Shown piece after piece: positions 33,996 to 47,761 of a DNA stretch of 64,000 bases. A program made the position numbers and the translations under genes. How positions within the stretch are numbered: position 1 is the first letter of the stretch; each line of letters starts with the position of its first letter. The notes under the pieces were generated by a model. That model ran no database searches, was not told the DNA's origin, and saw nothing but the letters and a program-made list of their open reading frames with translations. Source of the stretch: Tubiluchus corallicola (lineage: Eukaryota; Animalia; Priapulida); NCBI GenBank assembly GCA_030141605.1, contig JAQGDQ010000263.1:116502-180501 (forward strand), given 5' to 3'.

Positions 33996-35254
33996 GTTTT
34001 GCAATTAAGTATTGACCACTGGCCAGATTAAATTAGAGACATTTACCAGTATGCGAAAATTAGTGTCGCTTCGTGTGCACAGAGCAACAGTCGGCGGCCC
34101 CATCACGTTCTGTAAGTAGTCAAACTAACCGGGCCGAGTAACAACCTTTGTCCGCGCAAATTACTGTGATCCAGTCAATTCTTGAAGGAAAGATCACAAT
34201 GACTTTTAAGTAAGAAAAAAATGCCAGTGTTCACCGTTTGCAAAGCGTATAACTGTCAAAAAATCAACTACTAACTCCATGTCACGTCATTCATCGTATC
34301 ATTTAGCGTGTCACAAGTCATTTTGCAACGCAGGATTTACGTTATAAGAAGAAGAAAAAACAAAGACGATCCCGGTATAATAGCTTGACCATAATTCCTG
34401 TCCAAAAATAGCTCTCATAAAGCTGGGTCAAGAAACCATCATTCCTATGTAGAAAAAGTAAGCGTTATCTTCGACTTTCCTGCACGCAACAAGGGAAAAA
34501 ATTCTGCGTCACTTTCAAAAACAACTGAATCTCGAAACACGAGAGGAGTGCCTCTTACTCACGAGAGGATTGCACGACGAAAACTGTGACGAATTCATCG
34601 ACAAACGTTATCAGGAAACATTAAACAGCACAGAGAGCGGTGCGGGTGAAATGCACACAAAATTCACACTCATGAATATTTAAATAAAGATCATATCCCA
34701 GCGCCAAATGATTGCACAATTGATTAGCGATTGCTAAAAACACTAGACAAACATTAGAACACATTAGCTTTTCAAATTACATAAAACCACGACCCAGTTC
34801 ACTCAGACTGTAAGTATTAGGTAGCCTCTACTACTCTAGACAACTGACCAGGACGTTACGGTGGGTTGCAGACAATGGATAATGAATAAAAGATACCCAC
34901 TTACTTAGAACAATCACATGCTTAACACACCTTGTTGCACTGACCAGTTTTCGGGATAGAAAATCTTTTGTAGTTTAACCAGTCCCTCAACTCTATTGCG
35001 CCAGTCTTCAAACATAATTATTAAAAGTACAATTGGGGGATAATAGATGGCGCTATTGCTTGTTGGTAGTACTTAACTTATACCGAGAAATGCTATTATA
35101 GATTTCATAAACACAATCATAAAACGCGTCATGGGAAAATGCACAGATAAAGTTATATTGCTGTGTGTCACTGCGTTTTATGGTCTGGTCATACCTTTCT
35201 GAGCAATGCCAATACAAGGAACTATTCTATACAATGCGATGATAAAAACTCGTA

Positions 35255-35711
35255 CAGTCAACCTCGGGTATAAGATGCTCGTTTATAAGGAACCACCAGC
35301 ACCGGTCCCGATTTTTCGTAACGTTTTCCTATGTAAAAGTCTTCGTATATAAGGTACTCGGATATAAGGGACTTTCGGTTATAAGGGACCATACCTTCAG
35401 GTCCCGTGTAATAGAAACCAAGGTAAATTACCTCGCATATAAGGGACCCTATGATCAAAGCGAAATTGGTCGATTTTTAACCTCAATTTTCCGCAAACTC
35501 AGTTTCTGCGGTCACGTACATCTCACATCACTGAAGGAGCTTCCTACATACCGTTTGCACTGAATGTGTAGCAATAATCCATAAAAATATAGGTAAAAGT
35601 ACAGGTTCTAGATACCCCCTTCTTCTGACTCAACTTCGGCTATAAGGGACATCGAATATAAGAGACGATTTTTTCTGATCCCGAGGTGTCCCTTATATCC
35701 GAAGTGGACTG
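35255..35711. mobile_element. Tc1/mariner (pogo/Tigger-like) MITE
   Basis: TA|cagtcaacctcgggtataag ... cttatatccgaagtggactg|TA; TA TSD, CAGT termini, repeated tataagggac subterminal motif. Confidence 0.85.
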
Positions 35712-36191
35712 TAGAAGCTTTTATAATTGGATCTAACTCTTGTGCACAAGCTGAAGGAGCAAAGTGTCAAGCACCGCCTACTTCTTGATTTAGCAAAAAC
35801 TTTAAGCAGTTTACTCCGCTTCCTATCATTAACAAATTTCTGTTAGATTTTCCATAAATTTCAAAACGTGGTACATAAATAAGTGAAATTTCCTTTAGTT
35901 TTTCCTTTAACATATTTTAACTCTCAAATTATAGAACTATGACTTATTAAAAGCTGAAGAATTTTAAAAAAGGAAACCATAAACAGTGTTTTTGGAACAA
36001 ATTCTTACTCTCAAACAATCTGTTAATTCTAAATCGTCTTATACATCATCAATTTAGCATTTAACTAACACGGATTTCAATTTATATGCTGCACATTGAA
36101 CTGCAGTATTTATCAGTTAGAAAATGGATATAATATCGTGGCAAGGAGATCACTGAACAAAAATGCTTTGATAGGAAACCAACAGGTAATT

Positions 36192-36737
36192 GTTAATGTG
36201 CCTAGAGACTGCATCGTGTTAATGTGCCTAGAGACTGCATCGTGTTAATGTGCCTAGAGACTGCATCGTGTTAATGTGCCTAGAGACTGCATCGTGTTAA
36301 TGTGCCTAGAGACTGCATCGTGTTAATGTGATTATAGAGACTGCATCGTGTTAATGTGCCTAGAGACTGCATCGTGTTAATGTGCCTAGAGACTGCATTG
36401 TGTTAATGTGCCTAGAGACTGCATCGTGTTAATGTGCCTAGAGACCGAATTGTGTTAATGTGCCTAGAGACTGCATCGTGTTAATGTGCCTAGAGACTGC
36501 ATCGTGTTAATGTGCCTAGAGACTGCATCGTGTTAACGTACCTAGCGACTGCATCGTGTTAATGTGCCTAGAGACTGCATCGCGTTAATGTGCCTAGAGA
36601 CTGCATCGCGTTAATGTGCCTAGAGACTGTATTGTGTTAATGTGCCTAGAGACTGCATTGTGTTAATGTGCCTAGAGACTGCATCGTGTTAATGTGCCTA
36701 GAGACTGCATTGTGTTAATATGGCTAAAGACTACATC
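36192..36737. repeat. 26-bp tandem array (~21 copies)
   Basis: gttaatgtgcctagagactgcatcgt. Confidence 0.97.
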
Positions 36738-37507
36738 TAATGCTTAGAATGTAATGATTCTTATTTTCTTAAACACAGGACAGCTGCAATCAATTCTAAA
36801 TTACATTGTAACATGTTAATTTGCAATAAATTGTACTATTATAGATTTTATCAGAAATACTAGCCTCATTAATTCTCTTTACTATCGTTACGTTGTTTTA
36901 TTACTAATCGTGTAATAATCTTGACTGATGACACTTTTTTTATGAATTACTTATGTAAAGTATATTCGAAATAAAATGACGTTAATAATGGTGTGGCTAA
37001 GATGCTTTATGTATTTCCCCATATTCTTGTCTTTGTTTTATACTTTAACTTTTTACAGTATATTTCAATGAATGTGCAATAAAATAAATAAAAGAAATCA
37101 ATAAATTTTTCAAAATTATAGTAAACAACTGCATTGCGGGCGTCGTTCTGTTAACCTTGTAAGTCAAACACTAAACGAGTACTAAATATTTCCACCTTTA
37201 ATGAGATGTTATTTTATGATACATATATACACAGACACAAATTTTTAACCTCTGTAGATGGTTGGTCGTCAACTAAAGGAATGCAAGGTTCATTGTACTA
37301 AAGAAGAGTTAAGAATTCGTACAACATGCTGTATTCTAACTGCCAGAGGTAACGTCGAGATCAGAGAAATGTTGTGAAAAGCATGTAGCCAAGTTAGAGA
37401 CAAATTTACAAAAACGCATGCAGACTAATTGAAATGAGAAAGCTATCGAAATACGTGAATCAGGTTTAAGATTGGCCTAGCAATTCTTGATCTCATATTT
37501 CTGCTTA

Positions 37508-37968
37508 TATAGGTTTTACACGTCAAATGTAGACACAGGAAAGTTCAAATGTGACTTAGGTAAGTCAAATGTAGACATAGGAATTTCGAATGTGTTTTGG
37601 TAACTCAAATGTGACTTAGGTAAGTCAAATGTAGACATAGGAATTTTGAATGTGTTTTGGTAGCTCAAATGTGACTTAGGTAAGTCAAATGTAGACATAG
37701 GAATTTCGATGAAAAGATAAAACCAAATTAAAATTATATTTTACGGTCATGGTGCTATCGGCAGCATCAATTTTTATTATATTTAATTAATTTGCAACTA
37801 TTTGTATGGACGTTAATACATTTTTCAAATGTAACGAAAATGTTTATTCGATAAAAACACTTAAAAATATTGTACATAAGTCTACATTTGAGTTACCAAG
37901 ACACATTTGAATTACCTAAATCTACATTTGAGTTAACGCAGGTCTACATTTGACATGTAAAACCTATA
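37508..37968. mobile_element. MITE family C (TIR TATAGGTTTTACACGTCAAATGTAGAC), copy 1
   Basis: tataggttttacacgtcaaatgtagac ... gtctacatttgacatgtaaaacctata; 60-bp unit repeated ~3x in the left arm. Confidence 0.85.
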
Positions 37969-39629
37969 AATCTATTTAAATTTAACACAAGATACTGTTT
38001 TAATCATATTCAACATAAGCCACGTAATTGAGGGTGATAGGTAAATGAAGTTAGTTCCTTATACTACAAAATGTATTTTTAGAAAAAGTAAATACATTAC
38101 GTCACGTGGTCATAAGTACCTCTCTTAGTTTATTCTTATATGTTTTGAGAGTTTGCTTTGCTCGATGTAATTCAGTCATTAGATTCTGTCTGTTATAAAA
38201 TGAAACCGTCAATTTCTGAAGAGAATTGAAAGCCGTGTTCATCAAATAAATAATCATTGCGGATAACCCGAAACAGGAAATATAAACTGCGGTGGTTGTG
38301 TTTGATATTAAATAATTCTGTTTGCACGTCCAAAATCCAAAATTTGCAACTTTTCTGAACTCTTTTCCTCCTCCCAAGTCGCCTAGCAACGGGATGTAGT
38401 CAAGGTAAGCGTAAAACCGTTTCCAATTACGCGAAATTTTCCGAACTTAGGAAAGGTGAGATTGGAACCGGATCAGGTACAACAACAGCTAAGCAAAAAT
38501 AAGAAGCTGAGCGTTTATACCTGCTACTTTTATGCGTGCCGCGTACAATGCAGTCTGTGTTTTGCTGTTTAGATATTTACCAGCATTTACAACAGGTTCC
38601 TGACAAAGACGTCGATTGTGGAAAAATCTGGCGTACTCCGCTTGACGTCACACCGCTAAATTGACTAGATTAGGGTCACAAATTCACTTTCGCTGCTGCA
38701 AAAACACGGGCAAATAAGGCCAAACCTGACAAAGCCTCTTCCACTCGACAGGACAGCCTTTATCCAAAATTACTATACTTTCAGTACGTTAATTAATCAA
38801 ACCAATCTAGCTGACCAAAGTCCAACTTTCACTTAACAGAGAAGGTGTTGTTCCGATACCATCTCCCTGCATGATCCTTACTCTTGCCCTGTGTGAACTG
38901 CACGCCCTGAAAGCTTATGGATTAGAATTGTAATAGAAAACTAATGATTTTCATTTCTGTGTCAAGTGGGCCCATTATGTACACGATAAAGGTGGAAATT
39001 GCATCTAAACTTAGGCTACAGAAGCTGAAATCAAAATGGTGCCTTTGTTTCTGTTATAGGATTCTTTAGGATTTTGCTCAACTTTACTCAAAACTTCTAA
39101 CATACTGATTAGTTCTTTTAATATATTTAACATATGTTAACACAAATATATAACGTATTTCATACAAAAAAACGTTTTAACGCTTTTCCTTGAGCGGTTT
39201 AATTAAGTTCACATTCAATAGTTCAATTCAATTTTGCATGAAACACCAATTTCACACTTTAGCAACAGACGTATAATTTACGAAGAAGAGAACTAGTATT
39301 GTCTAGATTCTAGAAGGATAACTCAATTTATAACTGCTCCAATAAATTTTACAGGGATGTGTAATGGACTTCAAGAAAACAAGTAAAAGCTACAAATTGC
39401 GTGTCTGACCTTGAGTTAATATCTAACCATTTCCTTCTTGTAAGCAGTTAGAAATTCTAGGACAATGATTCGTTTTCAATTCTGCCGTAGTTAAGAAACA
39501 TTAGAAAAGGAGATCTAGAAAAACTGTGCAAAAACAAAGCGAAATAATACGAATGCAGCAGATAACTGAAACGACTTCAACAAATGGAAACATTGAAACT
39601 GTGGGAGGAATCAACCGAAAAAGTTGAAG

Positions 39630-39738
39630 GAAAAGAGGGATAGAGAGAGGGAGGACTAACAGAGAGAGGGAGAGCGAGGGAGAGGGGAGAGAGGGAAAGA
39701 AAGAGAGAGAGGAGGAGTGAGGGGGAGAGAAAAAGAGC

Positions 39739-39769
<31 letters not shown>

Positions 39770-39770
39770 G

Positions 39771-39821
<51 letters not shown>

Positions 39822-39843
39822 GGGGGGAGGGAAAGAGGGGGGG
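39630..39843. repeat. (GA)n purine microsatellite
   Basis: Direct reading. Confidence 0.95.
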
Positions 39844-40998
39844 TAATTGTAGCAATGAGTACCCGAATAAACAAATTTGAGCACCATTGCTGAGTACCAT
39901 CGTCGGGAAAAAGGAAAGCAAGAAAAACACAAAACGGTATGATGAAACGTCTTGCCTTTTCAAATGTTCTTGTAAATTTTTATTTTAAGTGATGTCAGAT
40001 CTAGTTATTCAAATCTTTTCCATTTCAGTTACGTAGTTACCAAGAGATGGTAACAGCCCCGAGACAGATCACACCTATTTGCATGGATGGAACAAGAGGT
40101 GTGCATGAAACTGTGTATATTGATGTAACCAATGTCAACATGTTCTGCGTGGTGCAGTTAAACAACGTATCCAAACTCTGAGACAGAATCAGGAAGACGC
40201 GTGCAGCTCTAGATATTGAATGCTAAGAATTAAACAATGATTCACAAATTCGACAGTGAAAGAAACAATGAATGAAACAATGAATGATCTTCCACTTGAG
40301 TGAGAAGAACGAACAAAAGCTACGCAAGACATCTGTTGGAATTGTACAATCTATCTCAGTCAACTTGGATACACCTGAAGTCAGTCGAGGTGCAAGAAGG
40401 GCCCGTTCAGAGACGTAAAACAAGGAAGGAACCCGTGTGAATAGTTACCTAACATCTTAAGTAGTCATAAACGTAATTAGAGGCGTGCATTTATAAGACG
40501 AATAACATTCACTAGTTCAATACCTGTTAAAATTTCATGCAAGCAATTAGCGGGAGAGCCCAGGTGAGGGACAACTACCACTGTGAATACAGATGTTTTC
40601 ATAAGAGGCAAGGAAAGTTCATTCGTCTAGATTTTGTTGATATTTTGGGTGTAACATTTCAGGAGGGTTGAAACTTGAAAATGATACAATGGACAACTAG
40701 GGACTGGGTTATTGGCCCCGGACTTGGGTAAAATGGGCTTTGTCGTTCAGGTGGCAGATGCGGTCCATCTTTTTATAGAAAGCCTCCAAAATAATGCAAA
40801 AACGTTAAGCGTTGAACGATCAATCCTTCTCTGTTTGCGTTATTTGTTGATCTAAGTTCATCTATGTCCATCTAAGTTCAAATTGAATATTATCCCATTT
40901 TTAATCATTTTCTGCTTGCTGTTACTAACTGTTACATGACGGCCAAACATTACAAATGGTCAAAAATTTCAAAATGTAAAATTTTACATTTAATGATA

Positions 40999-41671
40999 TT
41001 AAAGGAAAGGTCAAGCCACTTAGGAGGTTGGGCCCATTTCAATGTTCGCGAAAAATGTTAGCAGGATTTAGTAATAAAAGTGCAATGAGGGCCTCGTGTA
41101 ATTAGTTAAAATCGCGGTCACTTCATGCTCGGACGCTTCCATTTTCAATGTCCATTCTTCTTCCAATGACGTCATTCGTCTTGAAGAAAAGCAGCGCACT
41201 GTCAATCTTTGTCAAAAGTATAATAAGTGATAATATTTTTGCGTGAACATTAGGTGAAGTGCAGAAATTTGAATTAGTTTAAGCAGCGCACGTTTACGGA
41301 AAGCCACGACGCGCTTACGAAAAGTCACGAAAAGTCACCAGTTACGTCAAAATTTTCAACTGAATGGCGACATCCACGCCCCTGAAAATTTCTATTCAGA
41401 GGAAGTATATTTTAAATTTATGCTTTATAGGCAGTTTTTTTGCAAATTTCTTTGTTATGTTTTTCTAAGTTTAAGTGATAAGAATAAAATAAACCCAACA
41501 TACTGAGAGACTTGTCCTTTCCTTGAGCACTCCACAAACAGTTTAAGTGATAACAGTAAAATAAACCCAACATACTGAGAGACTTGTCCTTTCCTTTAGC
41601 ACACCACAAACAGTTTAAGTGATAACAGTGAAATAAACCCAACGTACTCAGTGACTTGTTCTTTCCTTTAA
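40999..41671. mobile_element. MITE family D, TTAA-flanked with AGGAAAG termini (Kolobok-like), 3' end triplicated
   Basis: ttaa|aggaaaggtcaag ... gacttgttctttcct|ttaa; 72-bp period triplication at 41468/41540/41612; second copy at 43799-44355. Confidence 0.85.
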
Positions 41672-42941
41672 ATTTCAGTTGCCCCGCATCAGTTTTAGTT
41701 TGGATTTTCAGTAGAATCTCTGACAAAGAATAACAATTCAAATTTTCTTCTCGTCAGCGCCATCTATAATCTTATTAGCAATCAAGCAATCATCATCAAT
41801 TCACAGGCAGCACAAAGAACAGGGCAACATCTGCAACAGAGCTGATCTGTTTTGACAGAACTTGCAGAAGTTGGAAAAACTATACCGTCAACTAGTAAAA
41901 GTCATTATCCATTCTGAAGCTATTTACAAGGATTTGGGTAATTATTTAGCTATTATGGAGTAGGATAAAGGCCACTGGGTTGTAGCAATAAAAATAAAAG
42001 TTAGAAAGACAGACGTTACTGTAGTTCGTGAATAAAAGGACTAATTTTATTCGTGAAAGTAGCTGAGCTGATATGAAAGCACACGAGAAAATGGGAATCA
42101 AAGACGCGTAATAATATGCGAGTAATGAATGAACGAATAATTAAAAAAATGAACGAATGAAACGACAAAAACTGCAAAAATAATTGATGATGCATTAACT
42201 GCCTATAGTTGAATAACAAGGCTTAGCGGTGGCGACAATGTACACAGGTATAAAGAAAACACGTAGCCCCTTCTAGTGAGCAAAACTGAAGTATTACAAG
42301 CTGATGCCCCTTTAAGTTAGTAGGGCGCATAGACGGCCACATAACAGCATGTTTAATATTGGTTCTTTTAGATAAAGTTTTAAAAGCGGATCAAGATCGA
42401 TTAAAAAAGTGAATTCTATTTCTGCAAATCACGATCCATTTTTATTACAAAACCAGATCCTCACGAGCTTAACAACAAATACAACAGCAGCCCACTTTGT
42501 GACAGAAAACGTCTCTGTTATTCTAGCGGGCCAAAGTAACCCGTGCAAGAAAAAGCGGTTAAAGCAAACGAAATTAAGAAGTAAAAATAATACAAACCGA
42601 ACAACAAGCTTAACACTTCCACTAGTAAAGACAGGAAGTAAGAAAGAAGGAGCAGCTTTTACTGTTTGCGTAGACTGGACAGACAAATACAATTAACTCA
42701 CCTTATACTCAATAAACCGTTGTTTTGTTTTAATCTACCTACGATTTGATGCTGAGAGGTAATGTTCGAAAATTTACAAATAATAAGTCTGGTTGGTGGC
42801 TTTGCAGTCAAGCAGAGGTTTCATAATCCTGGGGTTAATTTTTGTAGAAGAAAGAAGGGTACATAACTTACAGTAACATTTCATTTTGTAGTTTCAGTTA
42901 TCTAAAGAAATGTTGTTGAAATTGATATCACAGTGGCTTGA

Positions 42942-43472
42942 TATAGGTTTTACACGTCAAATGTAGACACAGGACATTTGACTTGACATGTGTCTACATT
43001 TGACTTACCAAAAGTGCTTAAGATTTCTCGAAAACCATTGTTAACACATTTGAACTGCCTAAGTCTATATTTGAGTTACCCAAGACACATTTGAATTACC
43101 TAAATCTACATTTGAGTTACCAAGACACATTTGAATTACCTAAATCTACATTTGAGTTACCAAGACACATTTGAATTACCTAAATCTACATTTGAGTTAC
43201 CAAGACACATTTGAATTACCTAAATGTACATTTGAGTTACAAAGACACATTTGAATTACCTAAATCTACATTTGAGTTACAAAGACACATTTGAATTACC
43301 TAAATCTACATTTGAGTTACCAAGACACATTTGAATTACCTAAATGTACATTTGAGTTACAAAGACACATTTGAACTGCCTAAGTCTACATTTGAGTTAC
43401 CAAGACACATTTGAATTACCTAAATCTACATGTGACTTAACGTAGGTCTACATTTGACGTGTAAAACCTATA
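42942..43472. mobile_element. MITE family C, copy 2, with internal 40-bp array
   Basis: Same TIRs; ctacatttgagttaccaagacacatttgaattacctaaat about 10x in the right arm. Confidence 0.87.
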
Positions 43473-43798
43473 GCAAAAATAGTGAATATGATTGTATCAA
43501 TCATTACTATGGACAGCGCAAGGACTTATTTTTTAACGATTGCTTGCTCTCCATCTTCACTCCTTTTTACGATCATTCTTTTCATCGTTTCTGCTTCCTT
43601 CATATTTCTCTTCTTTCCTTCTTTGTTCTTTTTCAATCGTTTCTCCTTTCTTTACAACCCCTCTTTTCTTCGTTCAACTGTCAGTTGTTTCTTTCAGTCC
43701 TTTCTTTTTTTCTGGTTTTGTAAGGTTGTTTGCTTTTTTGTATGAAAAAATGTATGAATTTTATAACATGCCACAAACAGTTTCACTTTTAACACATA

Positions 43799-44355
43799 TG
43801 AAAGGAAAGGCCAAGTCTTCTAGAAAGTTAGCAATTTCAATGTTCGCAAAAATGTTTGAAAGATTTGGTAATAAAACAGTAACAAGTGGCTGTAATTAGT
43901 AAAATCACTTTAAAGTCGCGATCATTTCATGCTTAGACGCTCGTATTTTCAATGCGCATTCTTCTTCCAATGACGTCATTCGTCTTGAAGAAAAGTAGTG
44001 CACTGTCAATCTTTGTCAAAAGTATAAGTTTTTAGAAAAAAATTAGATAGCTAATTTTGTAATATTTTTGCATGAAAGTAAGGTAAGATGCAGAAATTTG
44101 AATGAGTTTAAGCAACGCGCGTTTACGGAAAGTCACGATGCGCTTACGAAAAGTCACGAAGTCTCCCATTTACGTCATAATTTTCAAGTGAATGTCGGCA
44201 AACACCACGCAAGAAAATTTCTATTCAGAGGAAGTACATTTTAAATTTATGCTTTATAGGCAGTTCTTTGCAAATTTCTTTGTTCAATTTATCTAAGTTT
44301 AAGTGATAACAGTAAAATAAACCCAACATACTGAGCGACTTGTTCTTTCCTTTAA
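43799..44355. mobile_element. MITE family D copy 2
   Basis: tgaa|aggaaaggccaagtc ... gacttgttctttcct|ttaa; collinear with copy 1. Confidence 0.85.
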
Positions 44356-44794
44356 ATTTTAGGCTTGCAGGCCACGTGGTTGTGTAAATTTAAAAGGATT
44401 TTAGCCACTAGTTCACTTGCAAAGAAAACGAAAACGCAGATCAGACTAACCTAACATTTTTTATCATTTATCAATGTTTTCAAAACCAGAGAAGGAAGTA
44501 TTTCGAACTAATACATGTGAAACAACAATTATTCCTGCAGATAAGATCAGCCTGCATAGAGCAAATGTTTTGTGTTGGAGCTGATTGTCATGTGGGTAAT
44601 TGTTGTAAATAATGTTAACAACGACCCAGGAATAGTGTTTATTCAAACACCCAATAATCTCTCACCTCGGGAGGAAACAACGCTCTAAAACACCTCGGTA
44701 TAGTTATTATATTGCATGCTTTACACAGAAACAGTTTGAAAAAAGAAAAAACGAATTGCTTGTATACTTTACTAGGAATCGGAATCAGATTTTA

Positions 44795-45382
44795 TGTCAG
44801 TTTGGTCCCAGGACAATCGGGCCCCAAGACAATTTGGTCGAAGGACAATTCGACACTAGGAAAATTTGGCCGCAGGATGATTCAGCTCCAGGATTCTCCA
44901 CTCCAAAAATTTGTATAGATTAGTTTTAACCGCGAAATTTAAAAACGTCATGCTTAGTGTAAAGAACAACTGACTATTTAAGATGCCCTACCTGCTGGGC
45001 CCTACATGGCCCTAAACTTGATCATCATCATCATCATCATCATCATTATCGTCATCATCATCGTCATCAGTCGTCGTCATCATCATCAGTCATTACCAGT
45101 CATCATCATCACCAGTCAATATCATCATCATCATCATCATCATCATCACCAGTCATCATCACCACCACAACCACCATCATTGTCATCAAGTGGATAGCCA
45201 GATTAAGCCCACCTAACGACCTAGACCGGTAGGCCCCCATTAGATGGGGCACATTTGGTACTGAATTTTCCTGAGCCAGGCCAAATTGGTCTGGGGCCGA
45301 ATTTTCCTGGCAGATTTTATCCTAGTGCTGAACTGTTCTTGGGCCGATTTGTCCAGGGCCAAGTTGTCTAAGGAATTGACCG
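44795..45382. mobile_element. Degraded MITE with inverted GGACAATTCGGCCC-like subterminal repeats enclosing a (CAT)n tract
   Basis: ggacaatcgggcccc/ggacaattcgacac repeats at 44810-44890 are mirrored by ggggccgaattttcc/gggccgatttgtcc at 45260-45370; (cat)n at 45020-45190. Confidence 0.55.
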
Positions 45383-46141
45383 TTTAGGCCACAGAAAAAT
45401 TTTCCGAGTAAGGTTACGTTACGCTATTTCATCTATCTCAACAATCCTTAAAAACTACATGCTTAACCGTAACGTTCATTGATTTGTTCAGCTTGTTCTA
45501 GCACATTCTACAGTCCATTCTAGTCTTCACAAAGTTAACAAGGAGTTTTAATTGCTGTTAAAATCACCGAGGTCAACAATGTAATTGAAAATAAACTACA
45601 AGCATAATTCCTCGTTGCGATTCCATCTTTAATAGCCAGTTAGTTGTTTATCTTTCACAAGAAAGAAAACAAAAATACGTAATTATTATAAATCCTCTAG
45701 TGCTTCCTGGCCAGAGCCACCTTGAGCCCAGCTTTAAGCCATGCTTTGACCAGGAAGTTGCGTGCAAACTTCGCAATTTTATCATGTAACAACTAACATG
45801 TGAATAACTTTGTCAAATAAGATGGTGTTTTGGTGGTCTTCCATAGAACAATAGTGCTTGATGTTTATGCAAAGCGAATTTGTGTCAAGACGAAGAATAA
45901 GCACAGCCCATCAATCATTTAAGCTGCACGTACGTTGTCTTTACTCAAGGTGCGCGGATTAGGAGCTTTTTGAAAGAAAAACGATTATTTGTAAAACCGT
46001 AATCGTTTGTATCTGCTGTAACGTCACAAATGTCAGTTTTTTCAAAACCACTCAAAAAGGTATGAGCCTATATGCATGTACTATATACAGCTACGTTAGC
46101 CTACATACAAATGTACTAGTGACTGCTAATGTTCAGTCTTT

Positions 46142-46532
46142 AATAAGCCTTTTCACAGTTCCAGCGATTGATGATGATCGTGTGAACGTCAAACGTTAAG
46201 TGTAAAAACAATGCATTTGCGTACATTTTATAGCGCCTCGCAGCCCATCCTATTGTAATTGTAACAGTTTTAACAGCTAGCTAGAACCTTACCTAGTTCA
46301 TTTTTTCTTGTTTCCAAGCAAGATCCTGCTAGTAAATCATTCTACGTAAAGACTAATGCGCAATTAAGTAAAGTCCACGTAAAACAGCTGAAGTTACTGA
46401 ACTGATGCGGCAGACGGCTTTGCTTTAACCACATGCGTGATGGTTGTAGTTAAGACACGTTGTTGAGGTACACTTAACCTTTGAATTACGGCAACTGCGC
46501 GTGCGCACAACGAAACTGTGAAACGGCGTATT
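46142..46532. mobile_element. MITE family B full copy
   Basis: aataagccttttcacagtt ... cgaaactgtgaaacggcgtatt; reverse-complement match to 8751-9148. Confidence 0.85.
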
Positions 46533-46696
46533 CCATTTTTGTAAAACAGATCCTTTCTAATAAAAATACATTGTAAAAACGCTAAAAACATTCCATTGTG
46601 CTTCACTCGTTGTTGTGACGTAGTGACTATTGTACATATGTAGCAAAGTAGTAAAAATTCATGTATTTCATTTACTAAGTACATATACGTTGTTGT

Positions 46697-47073
46697 AGCT
46701 TCAAGTGCTTCAAAGCATGAAAATGCTTCAAGGCATTAAATACTTCAAAGCACTAAAATGTTGACGCTTCAAGTACTTCAAAGCATTAAAATGCTTCAGA
46801 GCATTAAATACTTCAAAGCATTAAAATGTTGAAGCTTCAAGTGCTTCAAAAGCATTAAAATGCTTCAGAGCATTAAATACTTCAAAGCATTAAAATGTTG
46901 AAGCTTCAAGTGCTTCAAAAGCATTAAAATGCTTCAGAGCTTTAAATACTTCAAAGCATTAAAATGTTGAAGCTTCAAGTGCTTCAAAAGCATTAAAATG
47001 CTTCAGAGCATTAAACACTTCAAAGCATTAAAATGTTGAAGCTTCAAGTGCTTCAAAAGCCATTAAAATGCTT
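46697..47073. repeat. 69-bp tandem array built from ~17-bp subunits
   Basis: atgttg recurs at 46826 and 46895; subunits gcattaaaatgcttcaa / gcattaaatacttcaaa. Confidence 0.92.
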
Positions 47074-47761
47074 TTACACATCACCGTTCCTCATCACATT
47101 TTGCCAGTCAGTAAGCCATCACACACGTAAATGATTATGCATTAAATACTAACTGGTATACAGCAAACAAAAGGTCGGTGGGCAGTGGACAGAAAGACCT
47201 GTCCAGTCACAATGTCAACGACAGTGCGTCACTGAAAATAAAGCATTTTGTGACTAATTTAATAGCTGTAAGCTATAATAAACAAGCTGTCAATGTTCTA
47301 AAAACAAATCTATTAGTCGCATGAGTCATGAGAAAATTGCATAGTTTTTGGCAACCCCGCAAAACTGCGAACAGAAAAATTATGGCTAGGAAGTTGAAAG
47401 CGTGAAGAAGCACGCATGCGTGCACGCGGAAAAATAACCGCTGGTCACCCCGGGTGAACAGTGAAAATGTGACCGTCGTTTCAAACTGTGATAATTAGCG
47501 CAGTTAGCACCCAATCAAAAGCAAATTTCATTGATGATCCACGAAAGGCCAAAAAGAATCAAATAGGTAGAGAAAAAAAACTGAACTTCAATAATCTAGT
47601 GAAATTTGTGTAAGAAGATTTCCGCCGTTGAAGAAAGGCGGAACAAGAAATTGAATGCTTATTTTTTGCTGGATTAATTGTTGTGTTTACTTGACTTGAG
47701 GACAGATGTCTTTATTTTAGAATTCTGCCTGCCCATTGTCCACAATAGACGTAATGGGCTT

